64,000 nt of DNA, from positions 974 to 64,973 of the forward strand of contig JANNIY010000130.1 in assembly GCA_031405455.1 (NCBI GenBank), given 5' to 3'. A program made the translations under genes and the position numbers. This DNA comes from Deltaproteobacteria bacterium (GTDB taxonomy: Bacteria; Myxococcota_A; UBA9160; SMWR01). Positions 32,521 to 41,070 of the stretch are shown here, in pieces. The notes beneath the pieces were generated by a model. It saw only the letters and a program-made list of their open reading frames with translations. It was not told where the DNA came from and did no database searches. Within the stretch, counting starts at the first letter, position 1. Every line of letters starts with the position of its first letter.

Positions 32521-32525
32521 CGCGC

Positions 32526-33575
32526 CTACGGCTTCGTGAGATCGAGCGGGGTCAGCTTCGTAGCATCCGCGCGAAACTTCTCGCGCTCCGCCTTCGGCGA
32601 GGGGATCAACCCCTTGTCGACGAGATAGCCGAAGTCGCCAACCGCCTTTTCGCTCACGAACTCGATCACGTACTCGCGGATGCCGGGAATCGAGGACGCG
32701 TGCGCGTTCTTCACGTAGATGTAGAGCGGACGCGACAGGGGGTACTTCCCCGATGCGATGTCCTCGAAATCGGGTTCGACTCCCTCGATGGTGTCCCCCG
32801 CGATCACATCCGTGTTCTGGCTGAGGAAGCTGTATCCAAACACGCCCACGGCCTTCGGATTGGCCACCAGCTTCTGGACGATCAGGTTGTCGTTCTCGCC
32901 CGCCTCGACGTAGGCGCCGTCTTCCCGAATCGACAGACAAACCTTCTTGAAGCGAGCGTTATCACTCGCCTCGAGCGCCGCCAGCTCGGGAAACGTCTTG
33001 CAGCCAGCCTCGATCGCGAGCTCGTTGAAGGCATCGCGCGTGCCCGACGTTGGCGGCGGGCCGAGCACTTCGATCTTCTGGTCGGGGAGCTTGGAATTCA
33101 CGTCCCTCCAGCTCTTGTTTGGATTCGCGACGAGCGCGCCGTTCGCGGCGGGGATCTCCTTCGCGAGCGCGAGATAGAGCTCGCGACGCGTGAGTGGCAT
33201 GGCCTGCGCCTGCTTCGAGTGGGCGACCACGATGCCGTCGTAGCCGATCTTCACTTCCGTGATCGAAGTGACGCCGTTCTTCGCGCACAGTTCGACTTCG
33301 GAGGCTTTGATGCGCCGCGAGGCCGTCGCGATGTCTGGACCCTGGACGCCCACGCCCGCACACAAGAGCTTGAGGCCGCCGCCCGTGCCCGTGCTCTCGA
33401 CAATTGGCGTCTTGAACGCCCCGCCGCGCCCGAACGTCTCGGCCACGACGGTCGCGAACGGATATACGGTGGAAGAGCCCACGATGCGAATCTGGTCGCG
33501 TGCGCCGGCACTCACCGGCAACGCAAGCGCCAGGACCAGCAGCGCCCAGGCAAATCGAAAATCTCGCTTCAGCAT
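32526..33575 (-). CDS. pstS: Phosphate ABC transporter substrate-binding protein
   Basis: SD GGGAGGA precedes the ATG at 33575. The signal peptide is followed by IRIVGSSTVYPF...TGTGGG...SGTRDAF, the PstS/PBP-like-2 pattern. Confidence 0.9.
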   Translation of the reverse strand: MLKRDFRFAWALLVLALALPVSAGARDQIRIVGSSTVYPFATVVAETFGRGGAFKTPIVESTGTGGGLKLLCAGVGVQGPDIATASRRIKASEVELCAKNGVTSITEVKIGYDGIVVAHSKQAQAMPLTRRELYLALAKEIPAANGALVANPNKSWRDVNSKLPDQKIEVLGPPPTSGTRDAFNELAIEAGCKTFPELAALEASDNARFKKVCLSIREDGAYVEAGENDNLIVQKLVANPKAVGVFGYSFLSQNTDVIAGDTIEGVEPDFEDIASGKYPLSRPLYIYVKNAHASSIPGIREYVIEFVSEKAVGDFGYLVDKGLIPSPKAEREKFRADATKLTPLDLTKP

Positions 33576-33653
33576 GTCAATCCTCCCAATCGTTCGGTTC
33601 GGTTCTCTCCGCGCGGAGGCTAGGGCCACCTCGTGTCCGCTCGGCTGAGTTCG

Positions 33654-33671
33654 TGTGACGGATGTGTGAAT
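33654..33671 (-). promoter_or_regulatory. Pho-box-like direct repeat upstream of pstS
   Basis: The minus strand reads aTTCACAcatcCGTCACAc: two hexamers 11 bp apart, 79-96 nt upstream of the pstS ATG. The same TTCAC-N6-GTCAC arrangement occurs upstream of the porin gene. Confidence 0.5.
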
Positions 33672-33687
33672 ACGTCCCGATCGCAGC

Positions 33688-35040
33688 TCAGAACTTCACG
33701 AGCAGATCCGCCTGTAGACGCAGCCGGTGCGCTCCAGACAGGGAGTCCTCGTAGGCCGGCAGCGCATTGTCGATGGCCTTGCTGAGGAACGCCGTGACGT
33801 TCAGATCCGTGTTCTCGAAGAGCTGGCGCGAGCCATACACGAGCCAGCCCTTCCGGTTGGTCTGCCCATCGTAGAGATCGCTCTCCACGAACATCGACGG
33901 GAAGGCATTCGCCTCGAGGTAGGCATAGCCGGTGCCGACCTGCACATATTTCTTCTTGTCGCCGAGTTCGACCCCCAGCATCCACGCGATGTTCTCCTTC
34001 CCGGCGGGCGGGAACAGCGCGGAGGCTTCGGCCGAGAGGTTGTCCGAAAAGCTTCCATACAGAGTGATGGGCACACTCTCGAAATACGTCGAGCGCAGAT
34101 AGACCGCTGTCGCCAGAATGCCCAGCGTTCCGCCATCCGCGTCGCCCGTCAGGCCGTCGAGGATGTTGCCGCCGCCGCTCGAAACCGACGGGCCATTCGA
34201 ACTGCTGGCCCCGCGTTCGACGAACGCCTCGTTCAGCGACACGAACTGGAAGAAGCTGACGCGCCCCCCGAACGAAAGCGTCTCGAGCGCGCGAGCATTG
34301 GCGCCGATCTGCGCGCCGAACAGCCCTGGATCCTTCGAACCCGAGTTCTCGTCGTCGACGAAGTAGCCGGTATTCGCGAATAGCTCGACCGAGTCGCCCG
34401 GTTTCGCGGTGAGCCGCATGTCCGCACCCTCGAAATTGATGTCGTTGTCCCAGAGCATCACGTCCCGCCCGTTCTTCCACAGAAACGGATTGGGGACGCG
34501 ACCGGCATCGAGCACCAGCGTGCCGTTGAGCGGAACCTGTCCCTCATCGGGAAATGGCGTGAGCTGGACGTAGGCCAGATCGACTTCGATCAGGTCCTTG
34601 CCCCAATCGAGATTGCCGCCGAACGTCTGGTTCGCGCTGCGGTTGTCGCCGCCGCCGGTCGCGAGCTGGAGAATCGCGGCTACGCGCTTGTTGACGTCGG
34701 CGCGCATGCCGACCCGCAAGCGGTAGCGCCCGCGCTGCTGTGAATCTTCGCGAGTGCCGTCGGGGTTGTTCTGGTACCAGAAGCCTTCGTAGCGCGCGCG
34801 AAAGTCGCCCCAGACGGAAATCCTCTCCCACCATCCGGGGGCTTCCTCCGCCTGCCTCGCCGCGGCCTTGGCGCTGATCTCCGTATATTGCTCCTCGTCG
34901 AGCACGCCGCGTTCGTGCAGCGCCTGAACGAGCGCCGTTAGCGCGGGATCGCTCGCATTGTCTTCGCCTCGCGCGGTCGCGGCGCCGATCAGCAGCGCCA
35001 GGATCACGGCGAGCCCCAGGCCATTCTTTCCTTCCTTCAC
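33688..35040 (-). CDS. Phosphate-regulon putative porin (OprO/P-like or 'putative porin' family)
   Basis: The signal is KNGLGLAVILALLIGAATARG. An N-terminal helical segment and a beta-barrel body follow, with C-terminus LLVKF. It heads the pst operon. Preferred start is the GTG at 35040 behind AAAAAAGGGGGGGG; the alternative is the GTG at 35064. Confidence 0.7.
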   Translation of the reverse strand: MKEGKNGLGLAVILALLIGAATARGEDNASDPALTALVQALHERGVLDEEQYTEISAKAAARQAEEAPGWWERISVWGDFRARYEGFWYQNNPDGTREDSQQRGRYRLRVGMRADVNKRVAAILQLATGGGDNRSANQTFGGNLDWGKDLIEVDLAYVQLTPFPDEGQVPLNGTLVLDAGRVPNPFLWKNGRDVMLWDNDINFEGADMRLTAKPGDSVELFANTGYFVDDENSGSKDPGLFGAQIGANARALETLSFGGRVSFFQFVSLNEAFVERGASSSNGPSVSSGGGNILDGLTGDADGGTLGILATAVYLRSTYFESVPITLYGSFSDNLSAEASALFPPAGKENIAWMLGVELGDKKKYVQVGTGYAYLEANAFPSMFVESDLYDGQTNRKGWLVYGSRQLFENTDLNVTAFLSKAIDNALPAYEDSLSGAHRLRLQADLLVKF

Positions 35041-35104
35041 GGATCCCCCCCCTTTTTTCAGCACTCGCCGGAGTCTCGCCGCCGGCGTAGCGCACGCTAT
35101 GAGG

Positions 35105-35164
35105 GATTTGTGAACGTCAGGTTCCGGGAATGTGACGAATTCGTGAAGTCACGATCGCGTGAAG
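35105..35164 (-). promoter_or_regulatory. Array of Pho-box-like 11-bp phased repeats upstream of the porin-pst operon
   Basis: The minus strand reads CTTCACgcgatcgtgaCTTCACgaattCGTCACattccCGGAACctgacGTTCACaaatc. Four units sit on an exact 11-bp register, with one extra unit upstream. Confidence 0.5.
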
Positions 35165-35320
35165 ACCGCCCAACGCGACCTGAAAAGCCGCTCGGATCAC
35201 CCAACGAAAGGCTTCACGCCATCGTCACGACAGCGCAGCGCGACCGCCACCACCGCCCCCGATTCTCGCGTGTCAGATGGGGCCACGGTCGAACTCGCAT
35301 CCGATTCGCGGTGATGGGAA

Positions 35321-36163
35321 ATGATGAACAAGGCGATCCGGCTGGGATTGGCACTCTTGTGGACGCTTGTGCTCACAGCGGGCGAGGTCGCCGCGGAAGA
35401 CTCCCTCGGCACCCAATCACCCGCTGCGGCGGCAGCGACCGCCGAACCTGCACAGCGATCCACTACAACGTACGACAGGATCGTGCGCAAACAGCTCGAC
35501 ACGGACGAGGAGGCGCGAGCCTCGCAGCAACGCATCGACGCTCTCGATGACGCGACGCTAAAGATGCTCTCCGAGTACCGCAAGGCGATCGCTGATTCCG
35601 AAAGCTACGAGGCCTACGCCGCACAACTCGAGGCGCAGGTCGCCGCTCAGGACGGGGAAACCGCAGCCATCCACAAGCAACTCCTCGAGATCGAGACCAC
35701 CTCGCGGGAGGTGCTGCCCTTGATGCAACGGATGCTCGCCACGCTCGCGCAGTTCGTAGCCCTCGACGTTCCATTCCTGGCCGAGGAACGTCGGAACCGC
35801 GTCGCCACGCTCGAGGAGATGATGCCTCGCGCGGACGTAACGCTCTCCGAAAAATATCGCCGGATCGTCGAAGCCTATCAAGTCGAGATGGACTATGGCC
35901 GCACGCTCGACGCCTACGAGGCCAAGCTCGGCGATGGCGACGACGCCCGTGCCGTCCACTTCTTGCGAATCGGCCGGGTCGCCCTGCTCTACCAGACTCT
36001 CGACGGCAGGGAGACAGGCTACTGGGACGCGGCCAACAGGACCTGGGTGATCGACGACGATTACAGGCACGCGTTCAAGGAAGGCATCGCGGTCGCCAAG
36101 AAGTTGAGCGCGCCCGAGATGCTGATTCTTCCCGTACCCACTCCAACCAAGGCGAAGTCGTGA
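35321..36163 (+). CDS. DUF3450-type periplasmic coiled-coil protein of TonB2-type systems (TtpB-like)
   Basis: A signal peptide and long coiled coil are followed by the conserved C-terminus VALLYQTLDGRETGYWD...W. It lies immediately upstream of a large MotA/ExbB protein, as in Vibrio TonB2 loci. Confidence 0.7.
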   Translation: MMNKAIRLGLALLWTLVLTAGEVAAEDSLGTQSPAAAAATAEPAQRSTTTYDRIVRKQLDTDEEARASQQRIDALDDATLKMLSEYRKAIADSESYEAYAAQLEAQVAAQDGETAAIHKQLLEIETTSREVLPLMQRMLATLAQFVALDVPFLAEERRNRVATLEEMMPRADVTLSEKYRRIVEAYQVEMDYGRTLDAYEAKLGDGDDARAVHFLRIGRVALLYQTLDGRETGYWDAANRTWVIDDDYRHAFKEGIAVAKKLSAPEMLILPVPTPTKAKS

Positions 36164-37578
36164 TGCGCGCGCGGGCCCCGATGATCCTTCTCGCACTCGT
36201 TGCCCTGCTGCTCGTCGCACGCGGCGCGTTCGCCAGTACGAGCCTGGACGACCTGCTCGAGCAGACCCTCCAAGGCCGCGCCGTCGAGGCGCAGGCAAAC
36301 GCCGAACGCGAGAAGGTGTTTCTTGCGAAGAAGGAACAGCAGGCCGGCCTGCTTGCCGACGCGCAGGAGAGGAGCAGAGTTGCCGAAGCACGCAGCCAAC
36401 AGCTTTCTGCGAAGTTCGACGCAAGCGAGCTGGAGCTCGCGCGCCTCGAAGACCTGACGACGCAACGTCTCGGCACGCTCGGAGAGCTCTTCGGCGTGGT
36501 CCGGCAGGTCGCGGGAGATGGCTCCTCGATCCTCTACAACTCGCTGATCAGCGCGCAGTTCCCCAATCGCGACCAGTTCTTCTCGAGCCTGGCGAAGGCC
36601 AAGGCGCTGCCGTCGATCGAGCAGCTCGAGCGTCTCTGGTTCGAGATGCAGCGGGAGATGACGGAGAGCGGCAAGGTCGTCCGTTTCGATGGCACGATCG
36701 TCGAATCGGACGGGAGCCCCAAGCACGTCGAGATCGTCCGCATCGGTGGCTTTCTCGCGGTGTCGGAAGGCCGCTATTTGAACTACCTCCCCAGCGTCGG
36801 CACGTTGGGTGTGTTGTCCAGGCAGCCGTCCGCGGAACTGACGCGCATTGCGAGCGAACTCCAGGCATCCAGCGGCGGCCATGTTTCTGCGGCCATCGAC
36901 CCGTCGCGGGGCGTGTTGCTCTCGATGATCGTGCAGCGACCGAGCGTGTTGGAGCGCATCGAGAAGGGTGAAGCGGTCGGGTACGTGATCATTGCGGTCG
37001 GCGTCGTCGCCATGCTGCTCTCCATCTACCAGATCTTCTTCCTATTGCGGATCCGCATGGCGGTCCGCAGCCAGCTCGCCGACATCGATCACCCTCGCAC
37101 GGACAACCCGCTCGGTCGCGTTTTGAGCTCGATCCAGATCGACCCTGGGAATTCGGAGAAGAATGCGGAGGTCGTCGAGCTCCGGATCTCCGAAGCCGTG
37201 CTGCGGGAAGTGCCACGGCTCGAGCGCTTTCAGGCCTTCCTTCGGCTCGCCGTCGCAGCCGGCCCGCTGCTCGGATTGATCGGAACCGTCATCGGCATGA
37301 TCATCACCTTTCAGAGCATCACCGAATCGGGCTCGAGCGATCCCCGATTGATGGCCAACGGCATCGGTCAGGCCATGATCGCGACGGTTCTCGGTCTCGG
37401 TATCGCCGTGCCCCTGCTCTTCATCAACGCCGGCCTCGCGTCGATGTCGCGACAGGTCGTGCAGATCCTCGACGAGCAGAGCACGGGGATCCTGGCAGAG
37501 AGTCTCGAGCGACAACTCGAAACCGAAGCAAGCGGCGTCTTCGGCGGAACTGGCCGTCAGGCTGCGCCGAATGCTTGA
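36160..37578 (+). CDS. Large MotA/TolQ/ExbB-family proton channel protein (TtpC-like)
   Basis: 472 aa. A signal/TM and large periplasmic domain precede the C-terminal ExbB core GPLLGLIGTVIGMI...GIGQAMIATVLGLGIAVP. Confidence 0.85.
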   Translation: MMRARAPMILLALVALLLVARGAFASTSLDDLLEQTLQGRAVEAQANAEREKVFLAKKEQQAGLLADAQERSRVAEARSQQLSAKFDASELELARLEDLTTQRLGTLGELFGVVRQVAGDGSSILYNSLISAQFPNRDQFFSSLAKAKALPSIEQLERLWFEMQREMTESGKVVRFDGTIVESDGSPKHVEIVRIGGFLAVSEGRYLNYLPSVGTLGVLSRQPSAELTRIASELQASSGGHVSAAIDPSRGVLLSMIVQRPSVLERIEKGEAVGYVIIAVGVVAMLLSIYQIFFLLRIRMAVRSQLADIDHPRTDNPLGRVLSSIQIDPGNSEKNAEVVELRISEAVLREVPRLERFQAFLRLAVAAGPLLGLIGTVIGMIITFQSITESGSSDPRLMANGIGQAMIATVLGLGIAVPLLFINAGLASMSRQVVQILDEQSTGILAESLERQLETEASGVFGGTGRQAAPNA

Positions 37579-38107
37579 AGCGATGCTCGAATGGCTGCTG
37601 TGGCCGGTGGCGGCCGTCGCGGATCTCGTCGACGAGGGCGGCCCCTTCGTGTTCTGGATCTTCATTTGCGGCTTTGTGATGTGGACGCTCGTGATCGAGC
37701 GACTCTGGTATTTCTCCCGCGTTCTACCGGAGCAGGCGCGCGCGACGCAGGCGAGTTGGCAGGCGCGCCGGGAACACGGATCCTGGTATGCACGGCAAAT
37801 TCGCCGGGCCATGATCTCGCGGGTTCAGACCGCGATGAGCGCGAACCTGCTGCTTTTGCGCGTGCTGGTTCCGCTCTCTCCCCTGCTCGGCCTGGTAGGA
37901 ACCGTGAGCGGCATGCTCGAGGTGTTCGATTCGATGGCCCTGCGCGGCTCGGCCGACGCCCGCGCGATGGCCAGCGGTGTGTCGCACGCCATGATCTGCA
38001 CGCTTACGGGTCTCGCCGTGAGCATCACGGGGCTGTATCCCGTCTACTACTTCCAGTCCCGCACCCGCCTGGAGACCGAGCTCCTGGCCGACAAGCTCGG
38101 CTATTGA
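37571..38107 (+). CDS. exbB: MotA/TolQ/ExbB proton channel protein
   Basis: 178 aa, three TM segments, with SPLLGLVGTVSGML...GVSHAMICTLTGLAVSI. Confidence 0.85.
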   Translation: MLEAMLEWLLWPVAAVADLVDEGGPFVFWIFICGFVMWTLVIERLWYFSRVLPEQARATQASWQARREHGSWYARQIRRAMISRVQTAMSANLLLLRVLVPLSPLLGLVGTVSGMLEVFDSMALRGSADARAMASGVSHAMICTLTGLAVSITGLYPVYYFQSRTRLETELLADKLGY

Positions 38108-38108
38108 C

Positions 38109-38522
38109 GTGCGCCTCCGGCGACACTTTGACACGACGGACGCGACCGGAATCGACCTCGCCCCGATGCTCGATTTCGTCCTCAATCTGCTGATTTTCTT
38201 CATCATCACCGCGGTCTTCGTGAAGGAACTCGGGATGGACGTCGCGCGCCACGGCGGCGCTGCGGGCGGCCCCGCCACGGGCAAGGACACCGGCAGCATC
38301 TCCGTCGTGGTCAAGAATGGAGGCGAGGTCCTGGTCGACAACCGCGTGGTGGACGTCCGCGCGGTGCGAGCCAACGTCGAGCGCCTCCATGCGCAGAAGC
38401 CCGAATGGGGCGTGATGGTCACCGCCGATCAGAGCGCGGATGCGGGCCTGCTCGTCTTGGTCATCGACCAGGTGCGGCAGGGCGGTGTCGAGAACGTCTC
38501 GTTTGGGACTTCTTCGAGGTGA
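38109..38522 (+). CDS. exbD: ExbD/TolR biopolymer transport protein (copy 1)
   Basis: GTG start. IDLAPMLDFVLNLLIFFIIT is the ExbD TM signature with the conserved Asp. Confidence 0.88.
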   Translation: MRLRRHFDTTDATGIDLAPMLDFVLNLLIFFIITAVFVKELGMDVARHGGAAGGPATGKDTGSISVVVKNGGEVLVDNRVVDVRAVRANVERLHAQKPEWGVMVTADQSADAGLLVLVIDQVRQGGVENVSFGTSSR

Positions 38523-38525
38523 AGC

Positions 38526-38942
38526 ATGCGCTCGCGCCGCCACCTCGATCACAGCGGCGAGGATCACGGCATCGATCTCGCGCCGATGCTCGATTTCGTC
38601 CTGAACCTGCTGATCTTCTTCATCATCACCACCTCGTTCGTGCGCGAGGCCGGAGTCAGCGTCAACCGCCCCGAAGCGGTGACGGCCGTGGAGGAATCGA
38701 ACGGGAACATCCTGATCGCGATCCGATCCAACGGAGAGGTCTGGATGGATCGGCGCCAGGTCGACCTGCGTGAGGTGAGGCCAGTGATCGAGCGACTCCA
38801 CCTCGAGCGCCCCGAGGACACGGTGATCGTGATTGCCGACAAGTCGGCGAAGACAGGGCTGCTCGCCCAGGTGATGGACGAGGTCGCGCTCGGGGGTATC
38901 CGAGAAGTCGCGATTGGCGCCGGGACGACCGGGAGCCGATAG
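38526..38942 (+). CDS. exbD: ExbD/TolR biopolymer transport protein (copy 2)
   Basis: IDLAPMLDFVLNLLIFFIIT is identical to the TM segment of copy 1. The periplasmic domain has diverged. Confidence 0.88.
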   Translation: MRSRRHLDHSGEDHGIDLAPMLDFVLNLLIFFIITTSFVREAGVSVNRPEAVTAVEESNGNILIAIRSNGEVWMDRRQVDLREVRPVIERLHLERPEDTVIVIADKSAKTGLLAQVMDEVALGGIREVAIGAGTTGSR

Positions 38943-38945
38943 CCC

Positions 38946-39590
38946 GTGTCGAAGTTTCGAATGCCGATCGCCGCTCTGCTCTCGGCCCTGCTCACGGCCG
39001 GCCTTTTCGCCACGCTGCGGGCGCTGACCGACTCGAGAAGTACGGTCGAGGACGCCGCGGCGGTCACGAAGGTGGAGTTTGTGCGGTTGCGACGCGAGGT
39101 CGAGATCGAGGAGAAGAAGCGCGAGAAGCCTGAGCGCGAGAAGCCCGAGCAGACGCCTGTGACGCCGACACTCGCCGTCGCCAAGGACGAAGGCCTCGAC
39201 CTCGGGCTCGACGTACAGGCGATTGCGGCGGGGCTCGGCGCGGATTTCGGCTCCGCCGCCGGAGCCGGCGGAGACGGCACCGGACGCGGCAGCCTCACGC
39301 TCAGCTCCGGGCTCTCCGACCGCGATCCCCTGCCACTCGTGCGGGTCGAACCCCAGTACCCGGCTCAAGCGGCGCGCCGCGGACTCGAGGGCTGGGTGCG
39401 CGTCCGCTTCACGATCTCGACGGCCGGCTCGATCAAGGATGCCGCGGTCGTCAACTCGAGCAATACGGTGTTCGAACGAGCCGCGATAACCGCCGTCAAC
39501 AAATGGAAGTATCAGCCCCAGATGGCAGATGGAAAGCCGGTGGAAACTTCCGGCATCCAGGTGGTGCTGCGCTTCCGGATGGAGAGCTAG
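38946..39590 (+). CDS. tonB: TonB family energy transducer
   Basis: An N-terminal TM and Glu/Lys/Pro-rich spacer (EEKKREKPEREKPEQTPV) are followed by the TonB C-terminal domain PQYPAQAARRGLEGWVRVRF...AVNKWKYQP. Confidence 0.88.
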   Translation: MSKFRMPIAALLSALLTAGLFATLRALTDSRSTVEDAAAVTKVEFVRLRREVEIEEKKREKPEREKPEQTPVTPTLAVAKDEGLDLGLDVQAIAAGLGADFGSAAGAGGDGTGRGSLTLSSGLSDRDPLPLVRVEPQYPAQAARRGLEGWVRVRFTISTAGSIKDAAVVNSSNTVFERAAITAVNKWKYQPQMADGKPVETSGIQVVLRFRMES

Positions 39591-39593
39591 ACC

Positions 39594-40916
39594 ATGAACC
39601 GATCGAACGGACTTTCGCGCATCCCCCGCCGCGTCCTCGCGGTGCTCGCCTGCTTCGCGCTCGTCGGCGCATCGGCCGCCATCGGCGCCGAGCGTAAAGA
39701 GGATGTCAAGGCCGATTCAGGGCGCGAAAAGCGGGCCGTCGGGCTGAACCGTCAGGTTGCGGAGAAGCTCGGCAAGGCGATCGAGCTCTTCGAGGTCGAC
39801 CGCTTCGACGAAGCGCTCGAGATTGTCGATCAGCTCGCACAGCGCCGGAGGCTGCGCCCGCCGGACATCGCGCAGATCCACCGCTTTCGCGGCTACATCT
39901 TCGTTTCGAAGGGCAAGAGTGAAGCCGCCGCGGAAGAATTCCGACAGGCGCTCGCAGAGAACGCCCTCGATCGCGTCGCCGAGCAGCAGACGACCTACTC
40001 GCTCGCGCAGATCTACACCCAGCTCGGTCAGTACGCTTCCGCGCTCGAGCTGATCGAGACCTGGTTCGCGAGCGCAGAGAATCCGAAGCCAGACGCCTAC
40101 TTCTTGAAGGCGATGATCCTGGTGCAGCAGGAACAATTCGAGGTCGCACTCGAACCCGCCAGAATCGCCGTCGGAATGACGGATACCCCGCGCGAGAGCT
40201 GGGTGCAGCTGCTCGTGGCGATCTACATCCAGCTCCAGGATTACCCGAACGTGGCGGCCAATCTCGAACGTCTGATCAGCATCGCACCCCAGAAGAAGCA
40301 GTACTGGGTTCAGCTCGCGGCGGTGCAGAACCACCTGCAGCAGGATGCGAAGGCGCTCGCGACGCTGCGGCTGGCGGATCAGGCCGCGCTTCTGAGCGAT
40401 GATCGCGATTTCCGCCAGCTCGCGCGCTTGTTGTTCCTGCGCGACCTGCCCTTCCAGTGCGCGCAGGAGATCGACCAGGCGATCGCTTCGGGCGTCGTAA
40501 AGGCCGACGCCGATTCCTATCGCATGTTGTCGAACTGCTACATCGCCGCGCGCGAGCTCGATCTCGCTCTCGAACCCCTCGCCAGGGCGGGGGAGCTCGC
40601 GCCCGATGGTGAGATGTACATGCTGCTCGGACAGATGCATCTGCAGCGCGAACGCTTCGACGCGGCTCTCGAGGTGCTCCAAAAGGCGTTCGCCAAATCG
40701 AAGCCCGAGCAGCGCGGATCCGTGCAGCTCCTGATCGGCGTGGCGCAGCTGGGATCGAACCACTTCGATGCCGCCGAGCGCGCGTTCCGCGCGGCTTCGG
40801 GCGATGCCAAGGTCGGTGACGCCGCCAAGAGCTACCTGAAGTTCGTGGAAGAGCAGCGCCTTCGGAAGGAACAACTCGGCCAGCGCCAGCAGACGCAGAC
40901 GGTCGCAATGGAATGA
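39594..40916 (+). CDS. TPR-repeat lipoprotein/periplasmic protein (TtpD-like terminal gene of TonB2 loci)
   Basis: A signal peptide is followed by multiple TPR-like helical repeats (ALEIVDQL..., YSLAQIYTQLGQYASALE..., MLLGQMHLQRERFDAALE). Confidence 0.7.
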   Translation: MNRSNGLSRIPRRVLAVLACFALVGASAAIGAERKEDVKADSGREKRAVGLNRQVAEKLGKAIELFEVDRFDEALEIVDQLAQRRRLRPPDIAQIHRFRGYIFVSKGKSEAAAEEFRQALAENALDRVAEQQTTYSLAQIYTQLGQYASALELIETWFASAENPKPDAYFLKAMILVQQEQFEVALEPARIAVGMTDTPRESWVQLLVAIYIQLQDYPNVAANLERLISIAPQKKQYWVQLAAVQNHLQQDAKALATLRLADQAALLSDDRDFRQLARLLFLRDLPFQCAQEIDQAIASGVVKADADSYRMLSNCYIAARELDLALEPLARAGELAPDGEMYMLLGQMHLQRERFDAALEVLQKAFAKSKPEQRGSVQLLIGVAQLGSNHFDAAERAFRAASGDAKVGDAAKSYLKFVEEQRLRKEQLGQRQQTQTVAME

Positions 40917-41070
40917 CGTTCGAGGCGGGTCGCGACGCGAGTGGCATGGCGCTCGCCCCGGTGTTGCTTCCCGATTCTTCACGTTCTCGTCATCGCATCG
41001 TGACGGTTCCGGTCGCTGGGCTCGCCAGACTCGTTCAGCGCTCGAGAATCCGAGCCGCGGGGTTCCCTCC

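Noticed and set aside
35045-35058. A homopolymer tract (C8 T6 on the plus strand, A6 G8 on the minus strand) at the 5' end of the porin gene, considered as a slipped-strand phase-variation switch.
   Set aside because: The G-run sits 4 nt before an in-frame GTG with a good signal peptide, so it most likely acts as the Shine-Dalgarno. Similar AAGGGGGGG runs precede the ATGs at 51197 and 58352. This looks like a genome-wide RBS style rather than a contingency locus.
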